Shown here: positions 1-10,537 of the stretch, piece after piece | Numbering within the stretch: the first letter of the stretch is position 1 | How the letters are laid out: the number at the start of each line of letters is the position of its first letter | Notes under the pieces: model-generated | The model's database searches: none | The model's input: only the letters and a program-made list of their open reading frames with translations | What the model was told of the DNA's origin: nothing | Assembly: GCA_012862495.1 (NCBI GenBank) | Contig: BLSG01000077.1 | Location: 103,663-136,019, forward strand | Reading direction: 5' to 3' | Origin: Thraustochytrium aureum | Lineage: Eukaryota | Length of the DNA stretch: 32,357 nt | Program-made: the position numbers and the translations under genes

Positions 1-67
1 CCTGGCCGCGCACCTTTTCGCGCGCGCTGCGCGTCTGCCCCGCCGGCAGCCCAGATCCCGCGCGCAG

Positions 68-110
68 GCCAGCCAGCCAACCAGCCAGCCAGCCAGCCAG
101 CCAGCCAACC
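68..110. repeat. (GCCA)n tetranucleotide microsatellite
   Basis: Imperfect tandem GCCA/ACCA run read directly; similar runs occur at about 24600-24636 and 27880-27920. Confidence 0.9.
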
Positions 111-224
111 GGTCGACGCGCCGGGCCCTTTCGCAGCTTGCACGTGCGCGCGCCCTCCTCGCCGGCGCCCGCGACCCCGCGCCCCCGATGCAGCTCTGCT
201 CGTCCCCGCACTGCTGCACCTGCG

Positions 225-361
225 CTTCTCTCCTCCTCTGTCTCTTGTCTCTGTCCGCGCCATCGCTCTTTCTTTCTTTCTTTCTTTCTCTTCTTCTCCT
301 TCTTCCTCTCCTTCTCTCCTTCTTTCTTTCTTTCTTTCTTTCCTTCCTTCCTTCCTTCCTC
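225..361. repeat. Polypyrimidine (CTTT)n/(CCTT)n simple-repeat tract
   Basis: Nearly pure C/T tract ending in CAG at 361-363. It could serve as the 3' end of a 5'-UTR intron (possible donor GTGCGC at 144); this is unproven. Confidence 0.85.
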
Positions 362-656
362 AGTGTGCAATGGGTTCACACGAGAGGCCCACCCACGCCA
401 GTCCTCCTGGTACCTCGAATTACCCTCTGCGGGCTATTGGGGGGTATCTGTGGCAGTAAATTGAACCGCACAGGACTTACTCCGTCTAGAATAAATCCTG
501 TCCAAATACCATCTAGCTGTAGACTGTTCCTTCGAGCATATTTATATGCCCGAGGTTCTGTCGCCGAGGTCCTGGATGCCCCTCCAGGGTCAAACCACAA
601 CGCAAAAGGCAAACCTCTCTCGGAGAAACAAAAGGAGATTATCTCCGCTCGGATAA

Positions 657-3600
657 ATGAGGCCGAGGCCGCGCTCCGGAGGCGGCAGTTCGCCACGTTC
701 GCCGCAGTTCGGCGAGAGGGCAGAGCCNNNNNNNNNNNNNNNNNNNNNNNNNNNNNNNNNNNNNNNNNNNNNNNNNNNNNNNNNNNNNNNNNNNNNNNNN
801 NNNNNNNNNNNNNNNNNNNNNNNNNNNNNNNNNNNNNNNNNNNNNNNNNNNNNNNNNNNNNNNNNNNNNNNNNNNNNNNNNNNNNNNNNNNNNNNNNNNN
901 NNNNNNNNNNNNNNNNNNNNNNNNNNNNNNNNNNNAACTACGCCTTCTGCGCGAGGAAGCGGTTCGTTTTGGCCAGGCACGAGGTCGCTGCCTACGAGGC
1001 AGCGCTCGACGAACCGCTCGCTTGGGCATGTTTTCGGCTCGTTGGGGGCGTCTCGCTCGAGCTCGCGCCGAGCACGCCTACTTCGCCAGCAGCCATGCGG
1101 GACGCCATCAAATACACCAAGAACAGCGCTGCCCCCGGGGAAAAGCCCAGTGCACGGCGGGAACGCGAGGCCCACATGGCCGGAGAGCACGCGTCGAAGA
1201 CCGAGGCGAAGCGCGCCACAAAGGCGAAAGCGAGGTCGCAAGGCGAGCCGCGCGGCAGAAACCGAGCAGGGCCAAGCGCCAAGGGTTGCGTCAAAGAAGA
1301 AAACGACGCCTCTGCAACGAACCAACCATGGAACCACGGCGAGCGGCCGAGCCCTAGCGCGGAGCAAGAGGAGGGCGAGCCCCTGAACAAGCTGAGAGAC
1401 GCGCGTGGCACGCAGCTCTGGGACTCGACGACAGGGTTTGCCATGCGGTGGGAGCACGCGGTGTCACCGAGAAAGGTAGTCAACTTGATGCGCACTGGCA
1501 AGGTCGCTTGCCGGGGCGTAGGCCGCAGCGCGGCGCTGGACTCGGACGCGATCCGCAAGTGGCTGGAAATGGTGATTGCGTACCAACGCCCCGATGGATC
1601 GCAGTGGTCGAGCCCTTTCGTCTGCTTTGTCGCCAACGTGGCGGACGTACCCGACAGTGCCACGGGCTCGCTGCGAATCGACATGGAGCTGTACGTGAAC
1701 CGGCTAATTTTTTACCTCATTGCGGACGAAGGCCTCCGGTGCCTCATCGGGTCTATCGCGCCGGCGTCGCCCGTAACTGGCCCCCTTGGCCGCCTCGACG
1801 AGTACCCGGCGATATTCACGCGAAGCCCCACGTCAGCGTCAAACGGCGGCGAGGGGGCGTTGGAGGACCAGCTGGAGGGGACCGGCGGCGCGAACGCGAA
1901 CGCCTCCATGTCAAGTTTCAGCGCCGGCCCCGTGCTAAGGCGCCAGGAGAGCCTCGGGTACCGAGCGTACCCATCGCAGCCAGATGGCATCGCTCTCGAG
2001 CTTCGCGACTACCAGCTGCAAACACTTCAGTGGATGCTCGACCAAGAGTCGCTTCCCCGCGGACTGAACGGGTGCTTCTGGGAGGAGCGGCGCTGGAGCT
2101 CCGACAAGGAGGCCGTGAACCAAAATTCTCAAGGCGACTCGTGCAGCGACAGCGCCGCGCAGCCAGCCACGCAGTCGTCCGCGCAGCCATCCGCGCACTT
2201 TTACTTCTCCAAAGACCTCGGCGAGCTTCGGCTCGAGCCCCCGCCGCTTGTGCGAGGCGGGCTCGTTTGCGAAGAGATGGGCCTTGGCAAGACGCTCGAG
2301 TTCGTCAGCCTTGTCATGGTGACCAAGTCGGCACCCGAAGCCCCCTTCGAGCTTGCCCCAAAAGCTCTGCCCTCGCGCGCCTCGCTTTTCGTTGTTCCCG
2401 ACGTCCTCATCGCGCAGTGGGAGGCAGAGATCGCCAAGAGCCTGTAGACCGGAGCGCGCTGAGCGTAATCACCGTGCTCCACACCCGATCCGGGTTTTCG
2501 ATTCGCAAGAACGGGCGCAGCAGCGCACTGCTGATGCGACACGGCGACTCGCGGGCGCACGCCAGCGAGGCCGAAGGGTTCCTCGTCGAGCTCGCCACAG
2601 CGGACGTGGTCATCACCAACTACAACACGGTAAAGGAGGGCAGGCTCCTGCAACGCGTGCACTGGCGTCGTGTCGCGCTCGACGAGATGCAGGAGATCCG
2701 CTCGAGCACGACCACGCTCGCCAAGATGTGCAAAAAACTGTGCGCTCGCTCCCGGTGGATGATCTCGGGGACGCCGATCTACTCGGGCATTGACGACCTC
2801 AACGGCGAGCTGGACTTTTTGGGGATCATCCCGTTCTCGCTGCCCGACTCGAAGGATGGGTTTTGGGGCATGCGGGTCAAGGAGCCCTTTGTCCGCCGCG
2901 AGCCCTCAGCGCTTCGCATGATTCGCCTCTTGCTGGACAACGTGATGATTCGCCACTCGAAGCGGCAGGAGCTTGTCGCGCATCCTGGCACGAGTATCCT
3001 TTCGCTTCCCAAGGCGGAGGTCCAATTCGTTGGCGTTCCGCTGTCCCCAGCTGAACAGGCTTGCTACAGCTACCTCGAGCTGCTGACCTGCAGGGCTGTT
3101 CGCGCGCAGGACGCCTCTGAGGGCGGTCGGTCGCGCGCAGGCGCCGTTGGTGTCGAGATCCTCCGACACCTTGCGCTCTCCTATGCGCTCCTGAGCGGGA
3201 TCAAGGGGGCTCCATCGTACATGGGCACCGTGAACCGGTTCGCCCGCGACGTGCTCGTCTTGACCCACAGGGGGGCGCATGGCCAACGGGGGCGCTGGTG
3301 ACGGCAACGGGCTCTTGGTGGGCGACGAGTTCGGCTTCCGTGCTCTGCCGGCGGATGAGCTCCGCGACATGTTGCTTTCTGGCGCAGTGCAAGCTGCGTC
3401 GTCTGCTTCTTCGACGTCCTCGTCGGCGATGGGCGGCCGGGGTCTCTCGCGCAGGGCCTATGCTGTGAGCAAGGGGGCCGGCGCCGGGGCTTCAGCAGGG
3501 GCCCAGCACCAGCAGATGATTCAGCGACTTGCCGACTGCGACGCAACCTTGCAGGCTGCCAAAGAAAAGGTTGCTGCCAAGCTGCACTCGGGCCGCGGCG

Positions 3601-6600
3601 GAGAAATCCCAAAGCGCACTTGGCAGTGGCTGCTCCAGGCGGTGACGAGCGGCAAGTACATCGCGACGCTCATGCTGCGTCGCAAGCGCGGCATTGTTGC
3701 TCGTCTCGCCGAGCGTTGCCCCCTTCTGGCACGCCGCGCCGCGCAAGTCGCGCGCCTCGGATCTCGGCTGGCCAGGGCTGAGGCCCGGGCCGAAAGACTT
3801 CGCAACGAGGTTCTGCTCCAAGACCCACGCGCGCTGTGCGAGGCAATGGTGGGCCGGTTTCCGGCGGCGTTCCAGTTTGAAGAGGCCTACAGAGCAGACG
3901 AGCTCATCACGGGCTTGGACGCGCAAGTTCGCCAGCTGCTGATGCGCGGCAGCTTCGTCGAAAAGTCCAACCAGCCTGTCCCAGTCGACTTTCTTGCAGA
4001 TCCAGAGCGCTGGCGCGAAGCCATCACCGACGCGCTGCTGCAAGACGACTTGGACTACGAAGACGCCTTGGAGGAGGCGAAGAATGCGCGTGAAAGCTTT
4101 GAGGCATGTGCGCCGCGAGGGGTGTCTGCTGCTCCGCTTTCGCTGGCCCTATTGCGCGCAGTGCCCTCTGTGGTCGTGGAGGCTCGTCTCGACACCAGGT
4201 GCGCGGATGATCCTAGCTTCGTTTGGCGCGGGTGGTTTCGCGTATCCGTGGAGGCAGTTGATCCGGCAACGGGGTTCTATACTGTTCGGTTCCTCGACGG
4301 CTCAAGCCAGGTTGTTACTCCGCAGCACGTTCGCACGTCGCACCCTCGCGCGGCGGAGCGCGCGCTCCACAAACGGATGGTGGCTCAAGCCAAGGCCTCC
4401 AAGCAAAAGGCCGAGGATAGCCTAGGCGCCGTTCAGGCTGGCGCAGCGCAGCCCGACCGGGGCGACGACGACGACGACGCCCACGAAGACCCCCAAGACC
4501 CCGCGGACGCCCCGGAACTGCAGGGCAGCCAACGCCTCGTAGACCTTGCGCGGGCCTCCAACATCGGCGCGGAGTCAGTTGCCCGACTCGCCGCCGACCC
4601 CGTCCTAAGCCAACTCGAGCTCGTGCAAGTCGACCTGCTCGCGCAGGACCGCTCCCGCGTAATTGCGCTGCTCGCCCATGACGATGAGGGTGCTGCGGCT
4701 GGAGAGAAGCGGTTCGACCGGCTCCTGGATGTCGCGATGCGCGCTCTTCGGGACAAGGTGCTGCGAGCGAGTGTCAGGCGTTGCGCCGAGGGCGTCTCAG
4801 AACAAGGCAGCCGCCTTGCGTTGGTCGGTGCGGCTCTGCAGGAGCTTGCGCGAGCAGGAGGCCAAGGAAGGTACGCTGTGCTCGACTCGCTTGCTCGAGT
4901 CATCGCAAGCACTGGGTTCGCAGGACCCATGGGCGGTGCCGGCGTGCCAGCGTCGCAGGAGCGAGTCTCCCGGGCTGTGGCCTGGGCGCTTGAGCGCGCT
5001 GGCCTCCTGAAAGACCTCGACCAGGTCGCGCCGTACGCCGCGCTCGCTCACTTCTTCCAGGCAAAGGGCAAGCCCATGCCTGGGACAGCGGTGGCGCGGG
5101 TCCGCGACGCGGCGGATGCAGGGCAGCCTTTCGAGAGCGGGCAGTTTGTGCAAGTCAAAATTCATGGCCAGAAGCTCACCGCGGTCGTCGTCTCGTGCCG
5201 GCCAGACTGCAACGCCGTCCTTTGCCGCGATAGCGACATGGTGGAGTTTCTAGTTCCCGTTTCTGAGGCTGACGCGACGATGCGACAGGGGCTGAGCGGG
5301 CGGGACGCAAAGGGGTCTGGTGCCGCCGGAAAGCGAAGGCGCATCTTGCCATTGCACTCGAAGAGACTGGCCTCGAACGGAACGGGTGGTGCAAGCGCGA
5401 AGGGCGATGGTGGAGGCGCTGATGGAGATGAGGAGATGGAGATGGAGGCGCTCGAGGACGAACCGCAGCTCGGCTCTCTGAATAAATTATCACGAGCCCT
5501 GGCCAAGGCCGCGCGCAGCGACGTCGGCGCGTCAAACTGCAAGCGCAAGCGAACCGCGCCAGCAGCGCGAAGCTCGGAGCGCCACTTCAAGGTTCACCGC
5601 GAGCCGAGCGAAGCGGAGCTCAAGGCCGAGCTGGACGAGATGCGTTTGACGGTCGCCGAGTTTCAGTCCAAGGTTGACAAGCTCGAGCCGTACGTCAACT
5701 TGCTTTCAGCAGCTGTTGCGAAGGGGGCCACCAGCGAAGGCGTCGCCGAGCAGCAGGGTTTGCAGGCGCTGCAGCAAATCATCGACAAGGGCCTGGAAAC
5801 GAGCTGCGCCATTTGCTTGGACACGCTCACCATGCCGGCCTGTACTCCGTGCATCCACTTGTTTTGCTGCGGCTGCCTTGGAAGTCACATTTCGGCTACG
5901 CGCGAGCTGCTCAGCTTGTCTCGGAAGGGCGTTTTCCCGTGCCCGTTATGCAGGCGGAAACTCGTCCCGGAAGACGTGTACCGCGTGTTGGACCCGGTGG
6001 CGCTGCCCTCCGTTCTCGGCAAGGGCCCGGGCGACGAGCAGACTCTCGTCGGCGACCTAGGCGTGCTTTTTGCGAGCGACGGGAAGGTTGTGGCGTCCTC
6101 GTCGCTGGAGGGCTTCGAGTGGTTTAGCTGTGTGGATGAGGCTGCCGTCTCTGCATCCCTGGGGCGCGAGGACAGTAAATTGCGATTCTTGCAGACGAGA
6201 ATCGGCGTGGAAGCGCTCGAGCCCGCTTTTGTTCGCATCCTCGGCTCCCTTGCGCAGGGCAGCACGAGGAGGGTGCCGGCGCACCATCCAGCAAGATGGC
6301 GCGGTGCTGTCTGACCTCGGCCGCTTCTCGCGGGACGGGAAATGCGTCGTTTTCTCGCAGTTCCGGTCGGCAGTCCTTCACCTGAGCGTCTTGCTCCAGG
6401 ACGCTGGGATCCACTACAGGCGCATTCTCAAAGGGGATGGCCAGGACTCACTTCAGGACGCCATCGCGACGTTCAACGAGGACGAATCGGTCCGCGTCTT
6501 GGTGCTCCAGAGCTCGTCGGCGGCTGCCGGTCTCACTCTCACTGCGGCAAACCACGTGCTGCTGCTCGAGCCGTTCATCAAGCGCGGAGAGGAGGCGCAG

Positions 6601-7246
6601 GCGATCAACCGGGTCCACCGCATCGGCCAGAAGCGCGAGGTGATGGCGACGGTCTATTACGGGCGAGGCACGGTAGAGGAGCGTCTGCTTGCGTGGCACC
6701 GCACCAAGGAGGAGGCGCAGGGCNNNNNNNNNNNNNNNNNNNNNNNNNNNNNNNNNNNNNNNNNNNNNNNNNNNNNNNNNNNNNNNNNNNNNNNNNNNNN
6801 NNNNNNNNNNNNNNNNNNNNNNNNNNNNNNNNNNNNNNNNNNNNNNNNNNNNNNNNNNNNNNNNNNNNNNNNNNNNNNNNNNNNNNNNNNNNNNNNNNNN
6901 NNNNNNNNNNNNNNNNNNNNNNNNNNNNNNNNNNNNNNNNNNNNNNNNNNNNNNNNNNNNNNNNNNNNNNNNNNNNNNNNNNNNNNNNNNNNNNNNNNNN
7001 NNNNNNNNNNNNNNNNNNNNNNNNNNNNNNNNNNNNNNNNNNNNNNNNNNNNNNNNNNNNNNNNNNNNNNNNNNNNNNNNNNNNNNNNNNNNNNNNNNNN
7101 NNNNNNNNNNNNNNNNNNNNNNNNNNNNNNNNNNNNNNNNNNNTGACTCCGACTCGGAGGGCGAGTGGGTCGGCCACTCTGATGCCAGCTCTGAGGTGAG
7201 CAGCAGCGATGCCTCCGATAGCTCGTCGGTTGTGCTGCTTTCTTGA
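657..7246 (+). CDS. SHPRH/RAD5-like SNF2-family ATPase with C3HC4 RING finger (split by frameshifts and two N-gaps; both ends tentative)
   Basis: Motifs appear in order across ORFs 657-2447, 1448-3301, 3279-6314 and 6070-7146. Q motif LRDYQ; motif I GGLVCEEMGLGKT; Ia VVPDVLIAQW; II WRRVALDEMQ; III SGTP; IV MIRHSK. RING CAICLD..PCIHLFCCGC..CPLCR at about 5805-5954. SSKMAAVLSDL is restored by two 1-nt corrections near 6280 and 6299. Helicase-C motifs: KCVVFSQF, AAGLTLTAANHV, QAINRVHRIGQ. Frameshifts near 2441, 3270, 6280 and 6299. An acidic tail after the gap ends at TGA 7244-7246. Confidence 0.9.
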
Positions 7247-7735
7247 TTCCCTTGAAAGAAAGAAAGAAAGATAAACCCGATTGCGCCACTTCGGCACGTT
7301 CTCGCTGCGCGCCCACATCAGCCATCAACCAACCCAGCCTCCGAGTCCTTGTCCCAGAAAGCGATTGCAGAGCCTGCCTCATCAGCAAAACGCTCGCATC
7401 ACAGCGAGGGCGACGGCCGAGCCCCGCGGCGCGTTGGCGCTCGTCGCTGCCGGGCCGAGGGAGAGCGACTGCCAGGAGCTCGCCGCGGAGAGTTCTCATT
7501 GCTAGCTACTGTACTCTGCGAGCATGTCTCTCTCCTAGCAGCTCGTAGAAGTGCACGTTGTGCGCCTCGAGAGCTCCGACAAAAAGTGGCGACATGGCCA
7601 GAAGACAGCCAGGGCAGAGGCCTATTGGCCATCGATCGACCAGACGCCGGGCAACGCGCTTCGGAGCTGCTGATTTATCGTACGCGGGGCGGCGGGCGCG
7701 GACCGGGCGCAGCCGGGTCACTAGCGTGGGCCAGT

Positions 7736-7765
7736 CACGCGCGCCAGAGCCACGCGCGCCAGAGC
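7736..7765. repeat. Perfect 15-bp tandem duplication CACGCGCGCCAGAGC x2 upstream of the bZIP gene
   Basis: Read directly at 7736-7750 and 7751-7765. Confidence 0.9.
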
Positions 7766-7805
7766 CTCGGGAGGGCTTCGCTCGGAATTTTGGTGTGCCG
7801 CGGAA

Positions 7806-9463
7806 ATGGACGCGCTCGAGGCGCTCGGCGCCGGCTGGGACGGCATGGGGGAGCTCGACTACGTCGACTGGGACAATGAGGTGGACCCGTTCCCGATGCT
7901 CCCGCAGATCTGGGAGCCGGCCTCGAAAGAGGACAAGAGGCTCGTGGACGAGCTCCTCTCGCAGCCGTCGTCGAACGGCACCGGGTCCCCAACGGCGACC
8001 CCGCAAAGCGGCGACACACAGTGGGAAAGTNNNNNNNNNNNNNNNNNNNNNNNNNNNNNNNNNNNNNNNNNNNNNNNNNNNNNNNNNNNNNNNNNNNNNN
8101 NNNNNNNNNNNNNNNNNNNNNNNNNNNNNNNNNNNNNNNNNNNNNNNNNNNNNNNNNNNNNNNNNNNNNNNNNNNAGCCGCGTGCCGACGATTTCGCGCC
8201 AAGCGCAAGGAGGAGATCACAAGCCTGAAGCGGAAAAACGAGGTGCTGGAGCAAGAACGCGAGATGTACCGCACGCGAATCGCCGAGCTGCAAACGGAGG
8301 CCCAGACGCTGCGCGACCATGGCACTGTCGATGTCGGAAAGGAGAACGACTTGTTGCGCGCCGAGATTCGCAAGCACAAGCGGTTTATCAGCCTGATCGT
8401 CTCCGCTGCCCGGAGCGCGCCGCTGGTGACGGACGAGGAGAAGTTCCGGCTGCTGAGCACCGGTGTGGCCTCTGCTGTCGGCAGGTGACGGGGCTTTGCT
8501 ACACGAGTGCGTCAGACCCAAACTGGCGCTACGGGAAGCGCGTCGACATCGCGGGCCAGTCGGCGCACATCAAGTACCAGTACCTGCCGCTGGGCAGTGA
8601 GCCCGTCGACTCGAAGCGATTCAACATCCGGATGGACTTTACGCGCCTCCCAGATGCCGCAGACAAGATGCTGACGCGCCTCTGGGCCATGTGGACCGAC
8701 GACAAGACGCTCAAGGACGTTTTCTCCGCCACTTCCAAGAGGAGATGGAGCTGCAGGAGCTCATGGACTTTACCATCTCAGAGGTGTTCCCCGACTCAAT
8801 TGCGACGCGACGGTGGACTGGAAGAAGGAGAATATCAAGGTGTTCCGCTACGAGGAGTCGTACACCTCCGATCACAGCAACGTGGATCTCGTCGCGGCGA
8901 CGGCGGTAAAGGAGGTCACGATCTTCCCGTCTGCTTTCCCGAGCATGCCCGAGGTGGACGGCACGGACTCGAAAGCGCCGTTCCAGGAGGGGCCGATGGA
9001 CGCGTTCGTGCTGATCAGCTCCTCGTCGACCTCGATTGGGAGCTCCTCGGAGCACTTTGCGCCGGCCAAGGAAGGCGTTTTGCGCATCAAGCACCCGGTG
9101 CTCGAGGGCTATGTGGTCGTGCCGCTCCCCGGCGGAGGCTGCCATGTCACGTTCGTGGGCTCCTTCCCAGTTGGCAAGCGGAGTTTCATCGGTCTCACGC
9201 CGCGCGACATGCCGGCAGTGGACGAGCGCGGCGAGTTGAGCGGCTACCTCTTCAAGATGCTGGAGGCCCTGCTCTACTTCGTGCAGGCCGAGCCGCCCGA
9301 GGCGGACCCCCCTCACATGACCACCGAGATCATTGAAACAATCAACGGAATGGCGCTCGGGAAGCAGCAGTTCGACGAGGCTTCCAAGCCCCGTTCACCG
9401 TCGACGGCGGGTTCGCTCCACGGCGACGCGATGGGGCCGCCGCCTCCGCCTGCACCTCACTGA
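7806..9463 (+). CDS. bZIP transcription factor with C-terminal START/Bet v1-like domain (frameshifted, N-gap 8031-8175)
   Basis: Acidic/aromatic N-terminus (MDALEAL..DYVDWDNEVDPFPML). Basic region AACRRFRAKRKEE followed by a heptad zipper (ITSLKRKNEVLEQEREMYRTRIAEL). Three -1 shifts (about 8482, 8727, 8805) join it to a domain ending FVLISSSS..P.KEGVLRIKHPVLEGYVVVPLPGGGCHVTFVGSFP plus a C-terminal helix, which resembles START-fold C-termini. The bZIP call is strong; the START-like call is moderate. Confidence 0.75.
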
Positions 9464-9928
9464 CACTGTGACCGGCAACCAAACCAAATCGCTTTCAGCC
9501 TTCTCCCTTCTGCTTTCTGGGGAGCCAGCGTCGCTTGCTTGGGCGATGATTCATCATTCCCACTTCCCACGCCCGCGGACACCAGTCCCAGTTGAAAGTG
9601 GGACTTGTGCAACAACCTCCAGGCCGCGCCCCTCCTGCACATGATCCCAAGCGAGCGAAGCGACCCCTCCTCATCCTCCCACTCTCGCTGTTTGTGCACA
9701 ATGCAATGACTGATGATGTGCAGTCAGCTCAAGTGGACGCCCTGGCGAGGAGGAGGAGGAGGAGCGCGCCGCCCGTCCCGATGAGGTCCCAGGAGACTCT
9801 GCCGTGTCCACGACAGCAAGGACTTGACGACAGCCAGGGGCTGGCGCATGCTCGTCAGCGCAGCGCATGCTCGTTCGTCAGCCATCTATCTCGCTGCAGG
9901 CGGCAGGCAGCCTGCGCGCAACTTACTC

Positions 9929-9956
9929 CTCCTGACGACAGGCTCCTGACGACAGG
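9929..9956. repeat. Perfect 14-bp tandem duplication CTCCTGACGACAGG x2
   Basis: Read directly at 9929-9942 and 9943-9956; each copy contains TGACG. Confidence 0.9.
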
Positions 9957-10537
9957 CATGTCCACTTTAGATTGGCTGGACTTTGGAGGTTGTGAAATTG
10001 GACCACTTGTGAGAGCCGCCGCCGCAGCCGTGTCCAGTGAGTCTCGCTCGTGCTCGACAGCCCTCGCTGTGCGGCGGCCCTCCTTGCCTGGCCGTGTGCT
10101 GACTTGCTGGCTGACTGAGTGATGACTGACTTGACGGACCCTGTCACGGACGTGTCTTGACGCGCACGGGAGGAATCAAGCGTGAATCCAGCTTCCAGGC
10201 GTGATTGATTTCTGTTCATCGTTGTGGTCAGCATCATGGTGCCATCACGAGAAATGTGCAGAGCCCTCACGCCGCGTGCACCACGCATGCAGTCACCCAA
10301 GTGGCCCAACCGCGTGGAGTTGGCATAGCAGCGGCGTGCGCAGCGCGGATTGCAGAGCACCAGCGGCTTCGCTCGCGTCTAGTTAGACGTACGCTCGCTC
10401 GCTGGCGTGCCTGCCGGCGCGCTCTCTTGCGTGCGCGGCACGGAACCGGCAAGCGCGTGGCGCCGACTCGATCAACTCCTGCTCGCGAGCAACGCGATTG
10501 ATTGGCGCGGCCGTGCTGGCGACGAGTTCGAACCGAG

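Noticed and set aside
138..464. Phe/Ser/Leu-rich ORFs resembling membrane or signal peptides
   Set aside because: These are translations of the CT microsatellite.
8029..8177. GT-[N gap]-AG as an exact intron in the bZIP gene
   Set aside because: The join would be in frame but would remove the expected N-terminal half of the basic region. Other gaps lack GT/AG edges, so this is probably coincidence.
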